A stretch of 64,000 bases of DNA, taken from the NCBI RefSeq assembly GCF_030013595.1, contig NZ_CP122768.1, one strand, 5' to 3'. How positions within the stretch are numbered: the stretch's first letter is position 1; every line of letters begins with the position of its first letter. A program made the translations under genes and the position numbers. Below the pieces are notes generated by a model. That model was not told the DNA's origin. It saw nothing but the letters and a program-made list of their open reading frames with translations, and did not search any database. Positions 55,144-64,000 of the stretch are shown in pieces. This DNA is from Escherichia coli (lineage in GTDB: Bacteria > Pseudomonadota > Gammaproteobacteria > Enterobacterales > Enterobacteriaceae).

Positions 55144-55749
55144 TTACACTGGTGTGTTCAGCAAATCGTTAACGGCATCAGATGCCGGGTTACCTGCAGC
55201 CAGCGGTGCCGGTGCCCCCTGCATCAGACGATCCAGCGCAGTGTCACTGCGCGCCTGTGCACTCTGTGGTGCAGCTGCCAGAATGCGGCGGGCCGTTTCC
55301 ACGGTCATACCGGGGGTTTCGGCCAGCACGCGTGCCTGTTCTTCACGTCCGTGAGCCTCCTCACAGTTGAGGATCCCCATAATGCGACTGTTTTCTGCCG
55401 CAACCGCTGCGGTGATCTGCGCGTTTACGTCCGGCTGCGCCGCGCTGGCGTTCTCGCCCTCCGTCGCTTGCACCACGCCAGTAACGTCAGCCTGCGAAGC
55501 AGTGGCTGAAACAGTTGTTGATTGAGTCTCTTTGGTCATTCGCCCTCCTGAGAGACGGGATTTACGTGCATCCAGTGCATCACGCATGACGGTGATCGCA
55601 TCGGTACTGTTAACAAGTTCATCAGCCAGTCCGGCATCAATGGCCTCCTGACCGCTGTACACTGCAGCCTCGGTATCCAGCACAGCCTGCACAGACAGGC
55701 CGGTATATGCCGACACCTTCTGTGCAAACATCCGGCGGGTTGCATCCAT
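55144..55749 (-). CDS. Nu3: Capsid scaffolding protein Nu3 (in-frame internal start within C)
   Basis: Internal ATG giving MDATRRMFAQKVSAYTGLSVQAVLDTEAAVYSG... in the C reading frame, 201 aa, matching lambda-type nested C/Nu3 organisation. Start position is by analogy. Confidence 0.6.
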   Translation of the reverse strand: MDATRRMFAQKVSAYTGLSVQAVLDTEAAVYSGQEAIDAGLADELVNSTDAITVMRDALDARKSRLSGGRMTKETQSTTVSATASQADVTGVVQATEGENASAAQPDVNAQITAAVAAENSRIMGILNCEEAHGREEQARVLAETPGMTVETARRILAAAPQSAQARSDTALDRLMQGAPAPLAAGNPASDAVNDLLNTPV

Positions 55750-56443
55750 CCGGGACTGCAGTGTTTCCCGGACATCATCCGGTAGATGGCTGTAGGGGTT
55801 GCCATCCACCTTATGGCTGCCGCTGTAAATCAGCGTGATTTCCACGCCCTGTTTCTCCAGCGCAGCGCCGTAATTACTGTGAGCCATCATGACGCCGATG
55901 GAGCCTGTCCGGGCGGTCTGCGTGACCAGACGCCGGGAGGCGGCACTGGCAAGCAGCTGACCTGCGCTGCAGTTCATGTCATTGGCCAGCGCCCATACCG
56001 GCTTTATGTCACGCACACGGGCGATGATGTCAGCGCAGTCAAATGCCCCCGCCACCATTCCGCCTGGCGTATCCATATCGAGCAGAATGCCGTCCACCAT
56101 CGGGTCACTGGCAGCCTGTTGCAGACGGGCGATAATGCCGTTGTAACCGGTCATTCCCGAATACGGCTGCAGCGCCCGCGTCCGACTGACCAGCGTACCG
56201 GACACCGGCAGCACGGCGATGCCGTTCATGACCTGATAACTGCGGGCCTGTCGTGGTCCGTCATCATCACCGGATAACGCCAGCGCCGCGGGTGCCTCTC
56301 CGGCAGTCAGGCTGTCGCCGGATACTGCATCCGTCAGGCGGCTGATCCCAAGCTGGCCTGCAAGCGCACAAAAGAAAACCCGCGCATAGGCGGGTTCAAG
56401 CATCAGCGGCTCATTAAAAGCCATGCTGGCAATATGCGGGAGA

Positions 56444-56463
<20 letters not shown>
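55144..56463 (-). CDS. C: Capsid assembly protease C (ClpP/SppA-like serine protease)
   Basis: ORF 55144..56598; product begins (V)TAELRNLPHIASMAFNEPLMLEPAYARVFFCALAGQ... with GTG at 56461-56463 as the only plausible start at the conserved N-terminus; overlaps B 3' end. Confidence 0.9.
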
Positions 56464-60144
<3,681 letters not shown>

Positions 60145-60170
<26 letters not shown>

Positions 60171-60690
60171 TCAGCAACCCCGGTATCAGTTCATCCAGCG
60201 CGGCTGCTTTGTTCATGGCTTTGATGATATCCCGTTTCAGGAAATCAACATGTCGGTTTTCCAGTTCCGGAAAACGCCGCTGCACCGACAGGGGGATCCC
60301 GTCGAGAATACTGGCAATTTCACCTGCGATCCGCGACAGCACGAAAGTACAGAATGCGGTTTCCACCACTTCAGCGGAGTCTCTGGCATTCTTCAGTTCC
60401 TGTGCGTCGGCCTGCGCACGCGTAAGTCGATGGCGTTCGTACTCAATAGTCCCTGGCTGGAGATCTGTCTCGCTGGCCTGCCGCAGTTCTTCAACTTCCC
60501 GGCGCAGCTTTTCGTTCTCAATTTCAGCATCCCTTTCGGCATACCATTTTATAACGGCGGCAGAGTCATAAAGCACCTCATTACCCTTGCCACCGCCTCG
60601 CAGAACGGGCATTCCCTGTTCCTGCCAGTTCTGAATGGTACGGATACTCGCACCGAAAATGTCAGCCAGCTGCTTTTTGTTGACTTCCAT
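60145..60690 (-). CDS. Nu1: Terminase small subunit Nu1
   Basis: 181-aa ORF MEVNKKQLADIFGASIRTIQNWQEQGMPVLRGGGKGNEVLYDSAAVIKWYAERD... with N-terminal HTH; overlaps A start. Confidence 0.95.
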
Positions 60691-60855
60691 TGTTCATTCC
60701 ACGGACAAAAACAGAGAAAGGAAACGACAAAGGCCAAAAAGCCCGTTTTCAGCACCTGTCGTTTCCTTTCTTTTCAGGGGGTATTTTAAATAAAAACATT
60801 AAGTTACGACGAAGAAGAACGGAAACACCTTAAACCGGAAAATTTTCATAAATAG

Positions 60856-60896
60856 CGAAAACCCGCGAGGTCGCCGCCCCGTAACCTGTCGGATCG
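60856..60896 (-). other. cos site (cosN with adjacent cosB side toward Nu1)
   Basis: Plus strand gcgaaaacccgcgaggtcgccgccccgtaacctgtcggatc is the reverse complement of the lambda cohesive-end region; aggtcgccgccc (60868-60879) corresponds to the 12-nt cohesive end GGGCGGCGACCT. Confidence 0.85.
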
Positions 60897-61078
60897 CCGG
60901 AAAGGACCCGCAAAATGATAATAATTATCATCTACATGTCACAACGTGCATCTACGCCATCAAACCACGTCAAATAATCAATTATGACGCAGGTATCGTA
61001 TTAATTGATCCGCATCAACTTAACGTAAAAACAACTTCAGACAATACAAATCAGCGACACTGAATACGGGGCAACCTC

Positions 61079-61273
61079 ATGTCAACGAAGAACAGAACCC
61101 GCAGAACAACAACCCGCAACATCCGCTTTCCTAACCAAATGATTGAACAAATTAACATCGCTCTTGATCAAAAAGGGTCCGGGAATTTCTCAGCCTGGGT
61201 CATTGAAGCCTGCCGTCGGAGGCTAACGTCAGAAAAGAGAGCATATACATCAATTAAAAGTGATGAAGAATGA
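61079..61273 (+). CDS. ylcI: Small prophage protein (YlcI-like, DUF3950)
   Basis: 64-aa ORF MSTKNRTRRTTTRNIRFPNQMIEQINIALDQKGSGNFSAWVIEACRRRLTSEKRAYTSIKSDEE. Confidence 0.7.
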   Translation: MSTKNRTRRTTTRNIRFPNQMIEQINIALDQKGSGNFSAWVIEACRRRLTSEKRAYTSIKSDEE

Positions 61274-61437
61274 ACATCCCGCGTTCTTCCCTCCGAACAG
61301 GACGATATTGTAAATTCACTTAATTACGAGGGCATTGCAGTAATTGAGTTGCAGTTTTACCACTTTCCTGACAGTGACAGACTGCGTGTTGGCTCTGTCA
61401 CAGGTTAAGTAGTTTGAATGATTAGCAGTTATGGTGA

Positions 61438-61644
61438 TCAGTCAACCACCAGGGAATAATCCTTCATATTATTATCGTGCTTCACCAACGCTGCCTCAAT
61501 TGCCCTGAATGCTTCCAGAGACACCTTATGTTCTATACATGCAATTACAACATCAGGGTAACTCATAGAAATGGTGCTATTAAGCATATTTTTTACACGA
61601 ATCAGATCCACGGAGGGATCATCAGCAGATTGTTCTTTATTCAT
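61438..61644 (-). CDS. ybcW: Small prophage protein (YbcW-like)
   Basis: 68-aa [71 protein letters not shown]. Confidence 0.65.
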
Positions 61645-61806
61645 TTTGTCGCTCCATGCGCTTGCTCTTCATCTAGCGGTTAAAATATTACTTCAAATCT
61701 TTCTGTATGAAGATTTGAGCACGTTGGCCTTACATACATCTGTCGGTTGTATTTCCCTCCAGAATGCCAGCAGGACCGCACTTTGTTACACAACCAATAC
61801 TATTAA

Positions 61807-62340
61807 TTGAAAACATTCCTAATATTTGACATAAATCATCAACAAAACACAAAGAGGTCAGACCAGATTGAAACGATAAAAACGATAATGCAAACTACGC
61901 GCCCTCGTATCACATGGAAGGTTTTACCAATGGCTCAGGTTGCCATTTTTAAAGAAATATTCGATCAAGTGCGAAAAGATTTAAACTGTGAATTGTTTTA
62001 TTCTGAACTAAAACGTCACAATGTCTCACATTATATTTACTATCTAGCCACAGATAATATTCACATTGTGTTAGAAAACGATAACACTGTGTTAATAAAA
62101 GGACTTAAAAAGGTTGTAAATGTTAAATTCTCAAGAAATACGCATCTTATAGAAACGTCCTTTGATAGGTTGAAATCAAGAGAAATCACATTTCAGCAAT
62201 ACAGGGAAAATCTTGCTAAAGCAGGAGTTTTCCGATGGGTTACAAATATCCACGAACATAAAAGATATTACTATACCTTTGATAATTCATTACTATTTAC
62301 TGAGAGCATTCAGAACACTACACAAATCTTTCCACGCTAA
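61807..62340 (+). CDS. ybcV: Prophage protein (YbcV-like, DUF1398)
   Basis: 177-aa ORF; conserved part begins [33 protein letters not shown]..., so the true start may be internal at about 61888. Confidence 0.65.
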   Translation: MKTFLIFDINHQQNTKRSDQIETIKTIMQTTRPRITWKVLPMAQVAIFKEIFDQVRKDLNCELFYSELKRHNVSHYIYYLATDNIHIVLENDNTVLIKGLKKVVNVKFSRNTHLIETSFDRLKSREITFQQYRENLAKAGVFRWVTNIHEHKRYYYTFDNSLLFTESIQNTTQIFPR

Positions 62341-62630
62341 ATCATAACGTCCGGTTTCTTCCGTGTCAGCACCGGGGCGTTGGCATAATGCAATACGTGT
62401 ACGCGCTAAACCCTGTGTGCATCGTTTTTAATTATTCCCGGACACTCCCGCAGAGAAGTTCCCCGTCAGGGCTGTGGACATAGTTAATCCGGGAATACAA
62501 TGACGATTCATCGCACCTGACATACATTAATAAATATTAACAATATGAAATTTCAACTCATTGTTTAGGGTTTGTTTAATTTTCTACACATACGATTCTG
62601 CGAACTTCAAAAAGCATCGGGAATAACACC

Positions 62631-62924
62631 ATGAAAAAAATGCTACTCGCTACTGCGCTGGCCCTGCTTATTACAGGATGTGCTCAACAGACGTTTACTG
62701 TTCAAAACAAACAGACAGCAGTAGCACCAAAGGAAACCATCACCCATCATTTCTTCGTTTCTGGAATTGGGCAGAAGAAAACTGTCGATGCAGCCAAAAT
62801 TTGTGGCGGCGCAGAAAATGTTGTTAAAACAGAAACCCAGCAAACATTCGTAAATGGATTGCTCGGTTTTATTACTTTAGGCATTTATACTCCGCTGGAA
62901 GCGCGTGTGTATTGCTCAAAATAA
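62631..62924 (+). CDS. bor: Bor lipoprotein (serum-resistance moron)
   Basis: 97-aa ORF MKKMLLATALALLITGCAQQTFTVQNKQTAVAPKETITHHFFVSGIGQKKTVD... with lipobox ITGC; opposite orientation to the lysis genes. Confidence 0.9.
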   Translation: MKKMLLATALALLITGCAQQTFTVQNKQTAVAPKETITHHFFVSGIGQKKTVDAAKICGGAENVVKTETQQTFVNGLLGFITLGIYTPLEARVYCSK

Positions 62925-62955
62925 TTGCATGAGTTGCCCATCGATATGGTCAGCT

Positions 62956-63417
62956 CTATCTGCACTGCTCATTAATATACTTCTGGGTTCCTTCCAGTTG
63001 TTTTTGCATAGTGATCAGCCTCTCTCTGAGGGTGAAATAATCCCGTTCAGCGGTGTCTGCCAGTCGGGGGGAGGCTGCATTATCCACGCCGGAGGCCGTG
63101 GTGGCTTCACGCACTGACTGACAGACTGCTTTGATGTGCAACCGACGACGACCAGCGGCAACATCATCACGCAGAGCATCATTTTCAGCTTTCGCATCAG
63201 CTAACTCCTTCGTGTATTTTGCATCGAGCGCAGCAACATCACGCTGACGCATCTGCATGTCAGTAATTGCCGCGTTCGCTAGCTTCAGTTCTCTGGCATT
63301 TTTGTCGCGCTGGGCTTTGTAGGCGATTGCGTTATCACGGTAATGATTGACCGCCCATGACAGGCTGACGATGATGCAGATAATCAGAGCGGATATAATC
63401 GCGGTTACTCTGCTCAC
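62956..63417 (-). CDS. Rz: Spanin, inner-membrane subunit Rz
   Basis: ORF 62956..63429; product (V)[43 protein letters not shown]...; start most likely GTG at 63415-63417, immediately after the R stop. Confidence 0.85.
63015..63197 (-). CDS. Rz1: Spanin, outer-membrane lipoprotein subunit Rz1 (embedded in Rz in the +1 frame)
   Basis: 60-aa [63 protein letters not shown] with lipobox VVGC and Pro-rich segment, wholly inside Rz. Confidence 0.85.
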   Translation of the reverse strand: MRKLKMMLCVMMLPLVVVGCTSKQSVSQCVKPPRPPAWIMQPPPDWQTPLNGIISPSERG

Positions 63418-63911
63418 TGTTGCCCCCACAAACAGACTTCACGCTCAATCTCACGACGAGTCATCAGGCCTTTCCATTGCTTACCGCCAGCGTATGTCCA
63501 GCGACGCAGCTGATCACATGCGCCTTTGATATCGCCCTGGTTTATTTTGCGAAGAAGCGTCGATGTTCTAAAATTGCCAGCACCCACATTGTAAACGAAT
63601 GAGTAAAGAGCGCCGCGCGTTGTTTCCGGTATATCGACTTTGATATACGGGTTAATTTGTCTGGCGACAGTGGCAAGGTCTTTATTCAAGAGTGCTTTGC
63701 ATTCTGCTTTGGTATACGTTTTACCGAGCATGATGTCTTTTCCGGTGTGTCCGTGACATACAGTCCATACACCAACAATATCTTTGTATGGTATGTAGCT
63801 GACACCTTCCAGACCATCGTTACCACTTGGGCCAGTGATTAACACTGATGCTATAGCAATTGCTCCGCCACCAATAGCAGCAGCAACGGCTTTTCGTAAT
63901 GATGGAGGCAT
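63414..63911 (-). CDS. R: SAR endolysin (phage 21 R-type, T4-lysozyme fold)
   Basis: 165-aa [62 protein letters not shown]...; N-terminal Gly/Ala-rich hydrophobic SAR segment; not the lambda transglycosylase type. Confidence 0.9.
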
Positions 63912-64000
63912 TATTCACCTCTCGCAGCCTTGCGCTTATCTTCTTTAATCTTGAAATAAAGGTTTGTCAGGTACGTCAGCAGGCCAAATACCAGGCTACC
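63911..64000 (-). CDS. S: Holin (phage 21 S-type pinholin), C-terminal part only; 5' end outside window
   Basis: Minus-strand frame reads ...[29 protein letters not shown] then TAA, which overlaps the R start codon by one base. Confidence 0.7.

Overview
This window reads as an Escherichia coli chromosomal segment with K-12-like gene order, followed by a lambdoid prophage that runs to the window end. No CRISPR array, rRNA or intact tRNA was found, and I see no convincing novel defence or biosynthetic system; every large ORF is accounted for. All identifications are from reading the six-frame translations and raw sequence against remembered protein families; no database search was run.

Layout:
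- 1-9.7 kb: enterobactin genes fepE (partial), entF, ybdZ, fes, then divergent fepA and entD, with a Fur-box promoter region between fes and fepA.
- 9.7-11.3 kb: a 1338-bp IS186 copy with a 10-bp target duplication, 21 bp downstream of the hokE toxin gene.
- 11.7-25.6 kb: ybdK, ybdJ, ybdF, nfsB, mscM(ybdG), pheP, and the copper/silver efflux locus cusCFBA with divergent cusRS and a CusR-box palindrome.
- 25.8-32.8 kb: nfrB, nfrA, ybcH, envY.
- 32.86 kb to end: a 45-nt argU tRNA 3' fragment marks the prophage attachment core. Beyond it lie ompT, a secreted peptidase-like cargo gene, a methyltransferase, tail-fibre genes, a complete lambda-like tail and head gene set, terminase, cos, and a phage-21-type lysis cassette.

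Most notable observations:
- The terminase large-subunit gene is full length but broken by one in-frame TAG (58842-58844), while all other virion genes look intact.
- nfrB, the phage N4 adsorption gene, is broken by one in-frame TGA (26535-26537).
- An AT-rich cargo island sits at the prophage terminus, including a signal-peptide-bearing S33-type alpha/beta hydrolase next to ompT.

Long antisense ORFs inside cusA, J, H, A and the tail-fibre repeat region are treated as artefacts. Coordinates I derived by hand for small sites may be off by a base or two.
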